This document shows positions 39,262 to 49,602 of a stretch of DNA of 50,637 nt, in pieces (the stretch's first letter is position 1; every line of letters starts with the position of its first letter). Source of the DNA: Halobacteriales archaeon. GTDB taxonomy: Archaea; Halobacteriota; Halobacteria; Halobacteriales; Hikarchaeaceae. The notes under the pieces are model-generated. The model was not told where the DNA came from. It made no database searches and was given only the letters and a program-made list of their open reading frames with translations. The stretch is taken from assembly GCA_022450005.1 (NCBI GenBank), contig JAKURE010000004.1, positions 1 through 50,637 of the forward strand. The letters run 5' to 3'. Both the position numbers and the translations under genes were made by a program.

Positions 39262-40334
39262 ACTCCAAAGACCTCCTCTGCATTTTTCCCTAGTATCCCC
39301 TCCTTTTCCTCCTCTGTTAAAAACGCCAGTTCATTTATCGCACTTGGATCATCAAAATCTTCGTGAGGATAATCCGACGCATACATAAGACGATCCGGAC
39401 CCCCAATCATTTCGATAACATATTGTAGATATTTCTTATCTGGAACTATTTCCATCGGTTGAGTTCCATAATAAAATTCTTTCATATATTCTGAAGGGCG
39501 TTTTCTCATTAAGACAGCCTCATCTTGCATTCTAAGATATTCCATGTCCATCCGATACATCATCATTGGTATCCAAAACAAACCAGTTTCTTGAAATACA
39601 AAATCTAGTTTAGGGAACTTCTCAGGAACTCCTTGGGAAACAACGTTCGCGATAGTTGTCATATTGTCAAATAAAAATCCTAGTGCATGCGTCTCCATTA
39701 TTGTTGTAAAACCCGATAACCACCCAAAGTTATCTAGAGTCGCACTTCCACCGTGGTACAACACAGGCAAATCTGCACGTTGACACGCATCGTAGATCGG
39801 ATCGTATTTCCTGTGTCCCATTGGAGGTTCAATCCGCGCTGTTAGCACACAAGCACCAATAATTGCTTTTTCACTAGCGTAGTCATCTATGAGTTCTGCG
39901 GCCTTCACCGGATCATTATATGGGACTGGAATTGACATATACATGCCCTCATCCGCATCCGCTATTTTATCAAGCATGTACTGTATATATGCCTCCGCAA
40001 ATTTCGTCTGGCGCTTGTCTTCCTCTAACATAGCAAATGTGAGAATTTGTTCAGACAATAACAATATTTTGTCAAATGACATTTCTTCCATTAGCTGCAC
40101 AACTCCCTCCTTTGTATTGAAATCCACATCCCGCCTCTTAATACTAGGATAATTAAATCCATCTGGTCTCGATAGGCTCGGCCAAAATGATATGGGAACG
40201 CTCCTGTTGGCTGTACTCCCATACTCAAATTTTAATTTCCACGGGTCATCATCATCAATATAATCCACTATATCATACAACGTCTCTACGTAGTGGGCAT
40301 CCGTATCAAAAATGGTCTTTCCACCTATTGCCAT
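39258..40334 (-). CDS. Amidohydrolase_2-fold metalloenzyme (candidate dinuclear oxygenase)
   Basis: DTDAH, LYH, ETH, FQE, YASDYPHEDFD. Confidence 0.85.
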   Translation of the reverse strand: MAIGGKTIFDTDAHYVETLYDIVDYIDDDDPWKLKFEYGSTANRSVPISFWPSLSRPDGFNYPSIKRRDVDFNTKEGVVQLMEEMSFDKILLLSEQILTFAMLEEDKRQTKFAEAYIQYMLDKIADADEGMYMSIPVPYNDPVKAAELIDDYASEKAIIGACVLTARIEPPMGHRKYDPIYDACQRADLPVLYHGGSATLDNFGWLSGFTTIMETHALGFLFDNMTTIANVVSQGVPEKFPKLDFVFQETGLFWIPMMMYRMDMEYLRMQDEAVLMRKRPSEYMKEFYYGTQPMEIVPDKKYLQYVIEMIGGPDRLMYASDYPHEDFDDPSAINELAFLTEEEKEGILGKNAEEVFGV

Positions 40335-40427
40335 ACCGATCTATTGGATCTTGAAATACCAAATATAAGTCGATTCAGTCATCCAGGAAGATTGGCCATT
40401 TCTTGGATACAATATACTATTTCTATA

Positions 40428-42119
40428 TCAATCTGAAAATTTAACATGTATCACCGCAGGTTTCCCATTCTCAGTCGCTTCTATTGCTCCCCTCAGTGCA
40501 GCTTCCAACCGATCTAATTCAACAACCGATTCAGTGTGACTACCCACAATTTGCGACGGGGCTGTAAAGTCAATCGGGTGATTAAATCTACTCTCTGGAA
40601 TCCCATCTTGAACAGCTATCCCTTCGGGATGAGTCCTCTTAGTTGAACCTCTAACCGCATTCCATCCTTCATTATCATACACCACTGTCAGGGTAGGCAC
40701 TTTCCTCTCTGCGGATAGCCACGCCGTAACTGAAGGATGTGTGAAAAGATATGCACCATCTCCTACCAAACACCAAGTTTCTCTATCTGGAAATGCCATC
40801 TTAGCCCCCACTGCAGCTCCCCCTGCAAACCCAAGCCCAGCTCCATATTTTGCAATATAACTCCCCGGATCGACCAACTCTAAATTATTTAGTATCCCTC
40901 CTGTGCTAGTGGTCGCATCAGTTACCACCATCGCATTTTTATCCTTTACCCGATTTATGACTGCAGAAATAGTTGCAGAATTTAATTTGTTATCCTTAAT
41001 TTGTTTATTAACACTTACTTTTAGGTTTTCTCTTTTTTCCGCACTGAAATTTTCCCAAAACAGACGTCCACTTTCACCATCTATTGGGTCTAACTTTTCA
41101 GATACTAATTTTAGTGTCTTAATGGGATCTGCCGCTATCACCATGTCTACATCAAAATCCCAATGTGGGTATGTATGCTTCAGTGGATTATTTTCAATTT
41201 GAATTATTGGAATATTTTCCGCAGGGGCTGAAATAGAGGGGACCCATGGTACATCTGTCTCGGCTAATATTATTAAATCAGCATGATCAAATACATTACC
41301 TGGAACGAAACCCACATGTTGCGGATGATTTCGTGGAAAATTCAATACACATGGCGCATGCTCAACTACCCCTGCCCCTGAAACTTCAACAAATTCTATC
41401 AACGCAGAAACGTTTTCATTTACGGGAGGCTTTCCCATTCGACTGGTAATTATCACCGGACGCTCCGCCGATTCAACAAGCAAAGAAATATCTTTAACCG
41501 CCTTTTCGTCCGCACCCGTCGTTCTAATTGAAATTGGACCTTTGGAATCCAATGAACATTTTACTTCTAATGCTTCTCTTGCAGCTGTCAAATAGACTGG
41601 ACCTGCTGGAGGTCCTTTGGATAACGAAACCGCACGTCTGATCATAGAAACTGGATTCGCAGGGGGTCTATATTCTGTCACCCACCTGCAGTACTCCCTC
41701 ACGATATCTGATTGTTGAAAAGTATCCTGTAGGTAGTGTACCACATGATCCCTTGACCCAACATGACCCATGTCGGTTACTGGGGCCAACCCCGATATTA
41801 TTACCACTGGGATATTCGACCGGTGGGCATTATGCATTGCTGCACCTAGATTTTGAGTTCCTACATCCACATGAACCAAAACTGCCTGAGGTTTCCCAGT
41901 CGCAGCAGCATATCCATGCGCAGCACTAAGTGCAACAAATTCATGGGGGCAAACAACAACTTCTGGCATCTTTCCATCCTCTCTTCTGATCTTTGCAGCC
42001 GCTTCTATCAATGGAGTATGATCCGTACCATAATTGGCAAATAAATACTCTACACCCTGGAGAGACAATGAACGAAGAATGGCTTCTGCAGCAGTAATTT
42101 TCTCTTTTTTGGAGCTCAT
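40428..42119 (-). CDS. Thiamine diphosphate-dependent enzyme (acetolactate synthase/decarboxylase-like)
   Basis: FANYGTDH, PHE..A..AAHGYA, GDG...YDNEGW ThDP-binding motif. Confidence 0.92.
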   Translation of the reverse strand: MSSKKEKITAAEAILRSLSLQGVEYLFANYGTDHTPLIEAAAKIRREDGKMPEVVVCPHEFVALSAAHGYAAATGKPQAVLVHVDVGTQNLGAAMHNAHRSNIPVVIISGLAPVTDMGHVGSRDHVVHYLQDTFQQSDIVREYCRWVTEYRPPANPVSMIRRAVSLSKGPPAGPVYLTAAREALEVKCSLDSKGPISIRTTGADEKAVKDISLLVESAERPVIITSRMGKPPVNENVSALIEFVEVSGAGVVEHAPCVLNFPRNHPQHVGFVPGNVFDHADLIILAETDVPWVPSISAPAENIPIIQIENNPLKHTYPHWDFDVDMVIAADPIKTLKLVSEKLDPIDGESGRLFWENFSAEKRENLKVSVNKQIKDNKLNSATISAVINRVKDKNAMVVTDATTSTGGILNNLELVDPGSYIAKYGAGLGFAGGAAVGAKMAFPDRETWCLVGDGAYLFTHPSVTAWLSAERKVPTLTVVYDNEGWNAVRGSTKRTHPEGIAVQDGIPESRFNHPIDFTAPSQIVGSHTESVVELDRLEAALRGAIEATENGKPAVIHVKFSD

Positions 42120-42150
42120 CTTTGACTATATTAGTATCTTCATTCGTTTA

Positions 42151-42795
42151 TCACTTCTGCGACATCGATCCTCCGATCTCATCAGGATATTTTTGGGATT
42201 CCTCTTTAGTTTTCCGTGCAACAAGCGACGCCACCGCCATCGATCCCCTTTCCACTCTTCGAATTCCCTCCTTATAATATAAGACTGTTAGTTCTCTGAA
42301 ATGGTTCAGCAGCTCGTTTGATTTAAATCGATATTTATCTTTACTTGGCCCCCTTTCCATTCGATCTTCTGTTCTAATGTGATGCTCATATATGATCATC
42401 CCCCCCGGTTTCAGTGATTTCTTAATTGTTTGAATCATATCCTTTTCACAAAAAAAGAAGTCAACTATGATCACATCATATTCCTCCTCGACGAACTCAA
42501 ATTCCTCAATATCTGCCAATATCCAATTAACATTTACTCCCGCATTTTCCCCTCGCTCCTTTGCCCTTGACAAAGCAATAGTAGAAACATCTATTGCATC
42601 CACCTCGTAACCCCTCTCTGCTAAATACACGGCATTCCTCCCATTTCCACAAGCCACTTCCAAACAACGTTTCCCGATCCCTTCTGTCCCTTCTACTGCT
42701 ATCTTTATTAGAGAAGACGCTTCACTCCTCGGACGATACTCTCCCGACAAGTATCTTTCATCCCATTTAGCACCTTGATCACTTTTATTTGTCAT
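42151..42795 (-). CDS. Class I SAM-dependent methyltransferase (TehB-like)
   Basis: KWDERY, LEVACGNGRNAVYLA, LKPGG. Confidence 0.88.
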   Translation of the reverse strand: MTNKSDQGAKWDERYLSGEYRPRSEASSLIKIAVEGTEGIGKRCLEVACGNGRNAVYLAERGYEVDAIDVSTIALSRAKERGENAGVNVNWILADIEEFEFVEEEYDVIIVDFFFCEKDMIQTIKKSLKPGGMIIYEHHIRTEDRMERGPSKDKYRFKSNELLNHFRELTVLYYKEGIRRVERGSMAVASLVARKTKEESQKYPDEIGGSMSQK

Positions 42796-43375
42796 TTCTT
42801 GCCATTCTTTCCCATAAACCAATTGTTTCTTGTACCATCCCTTCTACTCTACTTTTCACCTCCGGATTCTCCAAGTCAAAACCCTCGCCCCCAAAATCAG
42901 GCTCTACCGCGAAGACGCTCGTATTAGCAACTTCTACCCCTAGATATACAAAAATTGGCCTCAATTGAGAATCAATTACTAAATTATGTTGTCTATTCCG
43001 TCCAGACATCACAATACCTGCAACTCTTTTTTTCTTTTTGAATTCTTGCCATGGTGTGTGATCAATAAGATTCTTAAGTGCCCCTGAAATTCCTAAAAAA
43101 TACACCGGAGAACCAATGAAATAAATATCTGCATCAAGATACTTCTTTACAGTCTCCTTAGTCAAATCATTCCATTCATTTTGATCTTTACTCCTGAAAA
43201 CTGGCAGTTCTATACTCCCTAGATCTATATTCTCATATTGTAAATTTTTACTTTCTAACACTTCCCCCACATACTCCATCAACGCCCTAACTCTAGATGG
43301 CTCCCTTCGACTCCCACAAATCACTGCGATGTTAGCTGGGTTAGTAGATTCCATACTAGCGATATATGGTTTCAT
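42785..43375 (-). CDS. NAD(P)H-dependent FMN reductase
   Basis: [23 protein letters not shown]; SD-like GAGGT upstream of ATG 43375. Confidence 0.88.
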   Translation of the reverse strand: MKPYIASMESTNPANIAVICGSRREPSRVRALMEYVGEVLESKNLQYENIDLGSIELPVFRSKDQNEWNDLTKETVKKYLDADIYFIGSPVYFLGISGALKNLIDHTPWQEFKKKKRVAGIVMSGRNRQHNLVIDSQLRPIFVYLGVEVANTSVFAVEPDFGGEGFDLENPEVKSRVEGMVQETIGLWERMARNDK

Positions 43376-43478
43376 CCCTTTTACCTCTTCTTCATATTTT
43401 TTGTCAATCCAGAACAGTAATCTTTTCACCCATTCGAAGAAGATTTCTTTCACAGATACCCATATAAAGTATATAATC

Positions 43479-44714
43479 GTGAAACAAAAAACCACTCCCG
43501 AAGTCAATATAGGTCTTGTCGGCCACGTCGACCATGGGAAAACAACACTAGTAAAAGCATTATCTGGAACTTGGACTGACCAACACTCCGAGGAACTGAA
43601 ACGTGGAATTTCGATCCGGCTTGGTTATGCAGATGCAACTTTTAGAAAGTGCCCCGAATGTGAAGACCCAACTTCTTATCTTCTAGCCGAAAAGTGCCCT
43701 CATCATAATAAAAAAACGGACTTTTTGCGTACTGTCTCTTTCGTAGATGCACCTGGCCACGAGACTCTCATGGCGACCATGCTATCTGGCGCGGCTCTCA
43801 TGGACGGGGCCGTACTAGTTGTCAGCGCAACTGAATCTGTACCTCAACCTCAGACAGAAGAACATCTAATGGCCCTAGAGACCATTGGAATCTCAAACAT
43901 TGTCATCGCCCAAACTAAGATAGATCTAGTCGACTTGGAAACTGCAAAAGAGCACTATGGAAAACTCAAAGAATTTTTTTCTGGAACCATAGCTAAAAAT
44001 GCACCTATAATTCCCATCTGCGCTGATCAAAATATCAATATAGATTCTCTCATTAAATCCATAGAAGAACATATCCCCACACCCAAACGGGATGGGAAAT
44101 CACCGCCTCTAATGTATGTGGCCAGGAGCTTTGATATAAACCGCCCCGGTGCAACCTGGGATCAATTAGTCGGAGGGGTTTTAGGAGGAAGCCTTGTCCA
44201 AGGACAGTTCTCTGTTGGAGACGAATTAGAAATTTCCCCTGGGCAGCGAATATCCACTTCAGGTAAAGTTGAATATCTCCCCATCATCGCAACAATAAAA
44301 TCCATCCGAGCTGGTAATTCATCTCTTGACGAAGTTGGCCCCGGGGGACTCATAGGAATTGGAACCGGACTAGATCCTTCTCTCACAAAAAGTGATGGTT
44401 TGACCGGAAGATTGGCAGGAAAACCAGGAACCCTTCCTCCTCTTTGGGATTCCTTCACTATGAATGTAGACCTTCTAGACCGTATTGTTGGTACCTCCGA
44501 ATCCGGGGAAGTTGGCCCAATAAACACCGGAGAAGCTCTGATGCTATCTGTCGGTACCACCACCACGGTAGGAATTGTCACAAGCGCTAGAAAGTCTGAA
44601 TGTGAAGTTTCACTCAAACGGCCCATAAGTGCACCCCTACAAGCACAAATAGCTATTAGCAGACGTGTCGGTTCTCGTTGGAGGTTGATTGGAATTGGAA
44701 CACTTTTAAATTGA
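43479..44714 (+). CDS. eif2g: Translation initiation factor 2 gamma subunit
   Basis: [37 protein letters not shown]; GTG start. Confidence 0.96.
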   Translation: MKQKTTPEVNIGLVGHVDHGKTTLVKALSGTWTDQHSEELKRGISIRLGYADATFRKCPECEDPTSYLLAEKCPHHNKKTDFLRTVSFVDAPGHETLMATMLSGAALMDGAVLVVSATESVPQPQTEEHLMALETIGISNIVIAQTKIDLVDLETAKEHYGKLKEFFSGTIAKNAPIIPICADQNINIDSLIKSIEEHIPTPKRDGKSPPLMYVARSFDINRPGATWDQLVGGVLGGSLVQGQFSVGDELEISPGQRISTSGKVEYLPIIATIKSIRAGNSSLDEVGPGGLIGIGTGLDPSLTKSDGLTGRLAGKPGTLPPLWDSFTMNVDLLDRIVGTSESGEVGPINTGEALMLSVGTTTTVGIVTSARKSECEVSLKRPISAPLQAQIAISRRVGSRWRLIGIGTLLN

Positions 44715-44717
44715 GTC

Positions 44718-45101
44718 ATGGTCATTGTCGCTCTCGATACCAATGCATTGATGGTCCCTGTCGAACTCGAAATCAGAATTTTTGAGGAACTAGAGCTATT
44801 ACTACCCTCTCCTGAATTTGTGATACCCGAACCCGTACTCCAAGAACTTTCTTCCCTAAAACATGGTAAGGGAGTAGCTTCTCGTGCCGCTCGTGTTGGT
44901 CTCGATTTGGCCAAAATGAGATGTAAAATTATCAAAACAGAGAATGCTGCGGCAGACGAATCATTTTTGGAGCTTTCTTATACTAGTCAAATAGATTACG
45001 TTGTAACAAACGATTTGTCCCTGCGCGACAGACTCTTGGGAGCTGGTATCCCCGTAGTTGGCGTTAGGGGCCAAAATACGTTACATATCATGGAGCCCTA
45101 A
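44718..45101 (+). CDS. PIN-domain protein (Fcf1/Utp24-like)
   Basis: LDTNALM, V..EL, ADE, VVTND; conserved position between eif2g and rpoE1. Confidence 0.88.
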   Translation: MVIVALDTNALMVPVELEIRIFEELELLLPSPEFVIPEPVLQELSSLKHGKGVASRAARVGLDLAKMRCKIIKTENAAADESFLELSYTSQIDYVVTNDLSLRDRLLGAGIPVVGVRGQNTLHIMEP

Positions 45102-45102
45102 T

Positions 45103-45663
45103 ATGTTTAAAAAGGTTAGAATAATCGACACAGTAGAAGTACCGCCAGACAAACTCGGAGATGTAAACAAAGATTTAGTCAAAGTGTTGCTTCAAGACAA
45201 ACTCGAAGGTCGCGTAGATAAATCTGTAGGTAGTGTGATAAGTGTCACTAAAGTACACAATCTCGAAGAAGGTGTTGTCCTCCCCGGACGTCCGGGAGTT
45301 TATTATCCCACCGAATTCGATGCTATCACTTTCGACCCTTCGATGCAAGAAGTAGTCGACGGAACCGTAGTAGAGGTCGTCGAATTCGGCGCGTTTGTAG
45401 GAATTGGCCCTATCGATGGTCTTCTGCACGTTTCCCAAATTTCTGATGAATATTTGAGCTTCAATGGAGAAAACCAACAGCTAAACTCGAACGAGTCTGG
45501 CAAATCAATTAAAGTCGATGACCCTGTCCGAACTAGAATCGTAACCAAGAGCATCGACGAACGCAACCCCCGAGAATCCAAGATCGGTTTAACCGCAAAA
45601 CAACCTGGTCTTGGAAAACACGGATGGCTCACAGACAAGCGGGAGCGAGAGGCCGATAATTAA
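45103..45663 (+). CDS. rpoE1: RNA polymerase subunit E' (Rpo7)
   Basis: GAFVGIGPIDGLLHVSQI, KIGLTAKQPGLGK. Confidence 0.96.
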   Translation: MFKKVRIIDTVEVPPDKLGDVNKDLVKVLLQDKLEGRVDKSVGSVISVTKVHNLEEGVVLPGRPGVYYPTEFDAITFDPSMQEVVDGTVVEVVEFGAFVGIGPIDGLLHVSQISDEYLSFNGENQQLNSNESGKSIKVDDPVRTRIVTKSIDERNPRESKIGLTAKQPGLGKHGWLTDKREREADN

Positions 45664-45866
45664 TGCCCGCAAAAAAACGCCTCGCTTGTAGAGATTGTCT
45701 CAGAGTGTTAAATGATAAAAAAGCAGAAACGTGTCCTTCATGTGGCTCTGCTAGTATCACTGACGATTGGAGCGGTTATATTGTTATTATCCACCCTCAA
45801 CAATCCGATGTAGCAAAAATTATGGGAATAAACGAGCCCGGCCGTTATGCTCTAAAAGTCAGATAA
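45663..45866 (+). CDS. spt4: Transcription elongation factor Spt4 (RpoE'')
   Basis: ACRDC...CPSCG, DWSG, PGRYALKVR. Confidence 0.95.
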   Translation: MPAKKRLACRDCLRVLNDKKAETCPSCGSASITDDWSGYIVIIHPQQSDVAKIMGINEPGRYALKVR

Positions 45867-45869
45867 CTA

Positions 45870-46412
45870 TTGCCAAATTCAGTCCATCTCCCCCCTCAAC
45901 TACGAGATAACTTAAGAGAACCAATGGGTCCTCTGTATCTATCTATAAACGACCTAATTCCCCATATGGGGTTTCCTATTATCACTATAGGCGACGTAGT
46001 AACTTCCCACTTTGAACTTGCAGGAGTTTCTCCAAACGTATCTATAATTGACCAATTAACAAAACGCGAACCCATTGATTTCCCCCCACCCTTTCAAAAC
46101 ATAGATTTTCACATTGAAGTTAAAAATCCCCCTGGCGTTCTGACAGACGAACTAGTCCATGCGATCAACCAATCAATCAATAATCATGACGAACCTTCTC
46201 AAATTTTAGTAATTGGAGAAGAAGATCTAGCAACTTTACCTGCAATTGTGCTAGCCCCTCTTAAATCTAGTATAATCTATGGCCAGCCAGATCTGGGAAT
46301 GGTCCACATACTCGTAACTACTGATGCCAAACGTGATGCATGGGATCTACTTTCCCAATTTGATGGAGATCTTGATTCAGTGTTCTCTACGATCGCACAA
46401 TCTGACCTGTAG
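45870..46412 (+). CDS. GTP-dependent dephospho-CoA kinase (DUF359)
   Basis: IGDVVT, NPPG, GEEDLATLP, YGQP; conserved synteny. Confidence 0.9.
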   Translation: MPNSVHLPPQLRDNLREPMGPLYLSINDLIPHMGFPIITIGDVVTSHFELAGVSPNVSIIDQLTKREPIDFPPPFQNIDFHIEVKNPPGVLTDELVHAINQSINNHDEPSQILVIGEEDLATLPAIVLAPLKSSIIYGQPDLGMVHILVTTDAKRDAWDLLSQFDGDLDSVFSTIAQSDL

Positions 46413-46457
46413 TGCCTTCGAAATACTTTTGCACGCGACTGGAAAATGTACCCAATA

Positions 46458-46757
46458 ATGGAAATAACTATTTTATCTGAAACTTCCAACCCTTTGTTAC
46501 ACAGGGTAGATGTTTCTTTCCGCATTGACCACACAGACTCAACTCCAAATCGTATTGAAGTTCGAGACAACCTAGCAGCGAGATTGAACAAAAACACAGA
46601 CGAAGTAATAATCCGAAAACTCAGAACTCAATTTGGAACACGAAAAACCATTGGAGATGCAAAGATTTATGAAAATTCTGATTTTGCCCAGTCAATTGAA
46701 CAAGATCATATCATTCTTCGAAATCAATCTACCACTGAAGACACCGAGGAAGAATAA
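46458..46757 (+). CDS. rps24e: 30S ribosomal protein S24e
   Basis: NPLLHR, TPNR, T.FG...G.AKIY. Confidence 0.95.
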   Translation: MEITILSETSNPLLHRVDVSFRIDHTDSTPNRIEVRDNLAARLNKNTDEVIIRKLRTQFGTRKTIGDAKIYENSDFAQSIEQDHIILRNQSTTEDTEEE

Positions 46758-46892
46758 ATGGGGGCTCGCGAAAATTATGGCAATGATGGTTCTACTCCCA
46801 ACGAACGTTGCCCCGAATGCGACGATTCTTTTTTAGCAGAACACAACGATCGATTCCACTGCGGGAAATGTAGTTATACTAGATGGAAATAA
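46758..46892 (+). CDS. rps27ae: 30S ribosomal protein S27ae (44 aa, absent from the ORF track)
   Basis: MGARENY...ERCPECDDSFLAEHNDRFHCGKCSYTRWK, directly after rps24e. Confidence 0.95.
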   Translation: MGARENYGNDGSTPNERCPECDDSFLAEHNDRFHCGKCSYTRWK

Positions 46893-46980
46893 CACCTATT
46901 GAAAATTTTCTACACAGAACTCTCAATCAATAGAGATAATCATCTCCCCTTCTTACATCAATAAGAACGGCGCTCTCACT

Positions 46981-48558
46981 ATGACTGTTACTTTGGGCAT
47001 TGAAGGAACTGCTTGGGCAGCTAGTGCTGCAATTTTTGATTCTAAATCCGACACCGTGCACATAGAGACTCTTCCATATCTACCCGACAGTGGGGGATTA
47101 CATCCCCGAGAGGCAGCGGAACATATGAGACAAGCGTTACCAAAAGTCCTCGAAACTATCTTCACTAACTTAGAAAATCCTCCAGATGCAGTGGCCTTTT
47201 CTAGAGGGCCTGGACTGGGCCCATGCCTCCGCATATGTGCAACCGCAGCCCGTGCACTTGCTGGAACTTTCAACGTACCTCTTATTGGCGTTAATCATAT
47301 GCTTGCCCATCTAGAAGTAGGCAGACATTTTTCAGGATTTTCCACTCCCGTCTGTCTCAATGCGAGCGGCGCGAATGCACATCTTCTGGGCTACCACAAT
47401 GGCTATTATAGGGTACTAGGAGAGACAATGGACACTGGGGTAGGAAACGCCTTAGACAAATTTGCTCGCCATGTCGGATGGGCACATCCCGGGGGGCCAC
47501 AAATAGAAAAAACAGCGCTAGATGGTAGTTTTTTCGACCTCCCCTATATAGTCAAAGGAATGGACTTTTCCTTTTCTGGATTAACAACTGCGGCAATCTC
47601 TGCTTATGACAAAGGCCACCCCATAGAAGACGTCTGCTTTTCACTCCAAGAAACCATATTTTCTATTCTAGCAGAAGTTTCAGAACGTGCCCTATCTTTA
47701 TTACATTGCGATGAATTCATACTCGGAGGTGGAGTTGGAAATAACACACGTCTGCAAGATATGCTAGAAACCATGTGCATTGACAGAGGTGCAAAATTCT
47801 TCGCCCCAGAACCACGTTTCCTCAGTGACAATGCAGGTATGATCGCCATTTTAGGATCCTATATGTTCGATGTGGGCGATACAATCCCAATTGAAGATTC
47901 TCATGTTCTCTCTAACTTTAGACCAAATACGGTCAAGGTAACCTGGCCCGTCCCTAGTAGATCTCTTTCCCCCCCATCCCAGTCTACCATACAAGGATCT
48001 GAAGCACGTGTGGACTTTGATGCAAATACCGTGTGGAAACGAAGACTTCCAAAACCCTATCGAAATCCTGACATGGATCTCCGCCTCCGACGCCATCGAA
48101 CCAATGTCGAGGCACGACTTACTCACGAAGCCCGAAAAATAGGTATTCCTACCCCCTTAATCAAAGGCATCGACCCCCTTAATTTCACTCTGGAATTCCA
48201 AAAAGTTGGAGACGCCGACCTCTCCGAAGGATTAAACCTACAAAGAGTAGAAAACGTCGTTAACTATTTATCATTACTCCATTCCTCTGGCATCGTCCAC
48301 GGAGACCCGACCACCAGAAACATTAGGATAGATTCCACCTCTGATAAGGTATACCTCATCGATTTTGGTTTGGGATTTCATACAGACAATATAGAGGACT
48401 ACGCCATGGACCTTCATATATTCAAAGAGAGCCTCGTTGGAACTTCTTCTAACTATGAGGAACTTTGGAATCGTGCCACATTTGTCTACGAGACCCAGGT
48501 ATCTCCTCATGTACTAACACGACTCCAAGAAATAGAATTACGTGGCAGATATCTCTAA
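46981..48558 (+). CDS. kae1: Bifunctional Kae1-Bud32 (t6A synthesis / KEOPS kinase)
   Basis: LGIEGTA, NHMLAHLE, GNALDKFAR, DNAGMIA; kinase VHGDPTTRN, IDFGL. Confidence 0.95.
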   Translation: MTVTLGIEGTAWAASAAIFDSKSDTVHIETLPYLPDSGGLHPREAAEHMRQALPKVLETIFTNLENPPDAVAFSRGPGLGPCLRICATAARALAGTFNVPLIGVNHMLAHLEVGRHFSGFSTPVCLNASGANAHLLGYHNGYYRVLGETMDTGVGNALDKFARHVGWAHPGGPQIEKTALDGSFFDLPYIVKGMDFSFSGLTTAAISAYDKGHPIEDVCFSLQETIFSILAEVSERALSLLHCDEFILGGGVGNNTRLQDMLETMCIDRGAKFFAPEPRFLSDNAGMIAILGSYMFDVGDTIPIEDSHVLSNFRPNTVKVTWPVPSRSLSPPSQSTIQGSEARVDFDANTVWKRRLPKPYRNPDMDLRLRRHRTNVEARLTHEARKIGIPTPLIKGIDPLNFTLEFQKVGDADLSEGLNLQRVENVVNYLSLLHSSGIVHGDPTTRNIRIDSTSDKVYLIDFGLGFHTDNIEDYAMDLHIFKESLVGTSSNYEELWNRATFVYETQVSPHVLTRLQEIELRGRYL

Positions 48559-48607
48559 TCATATAATTTACGACGCCTATTTCTCCCCTCGACACTCTCA
48601 CTGCTCC

Positions 48608-49168
48608 ATGGTGCTTTTTGCTACCACCAATGCCGAAAAAGTTCGCGAGGCACAAGCATATCTAGGACCCACAGTTGAACAGTTTGATTATGATTATCTC
48701 GAATTACAATCTGAGAGTCTATCCGAGATCGCCATCTCTGGTGCCCAAGAGGCCTTCCAAGCCGCAGGCGGAACTCAACCTATAATCACCGATGACTCTG
48801 GCATCTTCATCGATGACATAGGCGGATTCCCCGGTCCCTATTCTTCATATGTATATCACACCATTGGTCTCTCTGGAATTCTCACTTTACTCGAAGAATT
48901 TGATTCCCCCCGTGCATACTTTAGAACCTCAATCGCATATTGCTCTAAACACGAAACTGTAGCCTTTGAAGGTTCTATTAGAGGCACTATAGTCCCTCCC
49001 CGTGGAACTGAGGGATTTGGATATGATCCCATATTTGAATATAACGGCAAAACATTGGCAGAAATGAATCTAACTGAAAAAAACGCAATTTCTCATCGGG
49101 GTAGGGCCCTTTCTAAGCTAGCGTCTTGGCTTGATAACGACCCCGTTGAACACCGCGGAGTCAGATAA
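48608..49168 (+). CDS. rdgB: Non-canonical purine NTP pyrophosphatase (Ham1/RdgB)
   Basis: FATTN..K, DDSG, FPGPYS, GFGYDPIF, KNAISHRGRA. Confidence 0.93.
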   Translation: MVLFATTNAEKVREAQAYLGPTVEQFDYDYLELQSESLSEIAISGAQEAFQAAGGTQPIITDDSGIFIDDIGGFPGPYSSYVYHTIGLSGILTLLEEFDSPRAYFRTSIAYCSKHETVAFEGSIRGTIVPPRGTEGFGYDPIFEYNGKTLAEMNLTEKNAISHRGRALSKLASWLDNDPVEHRGVR

Positions 49169-49571
49169 TATTTTCAAATAACTTCACAAAAGCATCTGGT
49201 CTTTTAACACTAGTTTCAATTTTTGTTCTAATCGCTACTCCTGCTTTGGCATTAGTCAACATCTCATCCCCTGAAATAATATGCTGTGCATTCCCCACAT
49301 ACGCAGAAGCAAGTGCCGGATGATCTCCTTCTAAATGGTCTACAATTTCACACATACTCTCTATGTCTTCTCGCCATTTCTTCGCCAATTCCTCCCCAAA
49401 ATCTGTCTCAATCACTGTTTGTGCTTCATCCAGTAGGGGAATACTAGCGATAATTACTATCCATGGTGACCTTCGAATAATCTCCATCACAATTTTCGCC
49501 GATTTCTCCTTTTTGACATCTCCTGCCAATACACCCGAATCAACTACAACACGCACTGTAGGTCTACTCAT
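49161..49571 (-). CDS. Conserved hypothetical protein (PIN-like fold)
   Basis: RVVVDSGVLAGD, ASIPLLDEA, DHPALASA; resembles a haloarchaeal conserved family. Confidence 0.7.
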   Translation of the reverse strand: MSRPTVRVVVDSGVLAGDVKKEKSAKIVMEIIRRSPWIVIIASIPLLDEAQTVIETDFGEELAKKWREDIESMCEIVDHLEGDHPALASAYVGNAQHIISGDEMLTNAKAGVAIRTKIETSVKRPDAFVKLFENII

Positions 49572-49602
49572 CTCTCTATTTGTGACCTTGCAAATACTTT
49601 AA

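Noticed and set aside
44162-44935. 257-aa minus-strand ORF and other antisense ORFs in the track
   Set aside because: Shadows of well-conserved genes on the opposite strand, with no motifs of their own
46981-48558. Kae1-Bud32 fusion (and the Hef helicase-nuclease fusion) as novel fusions
   Set aside because: Both architectures are well known in euryarchaea
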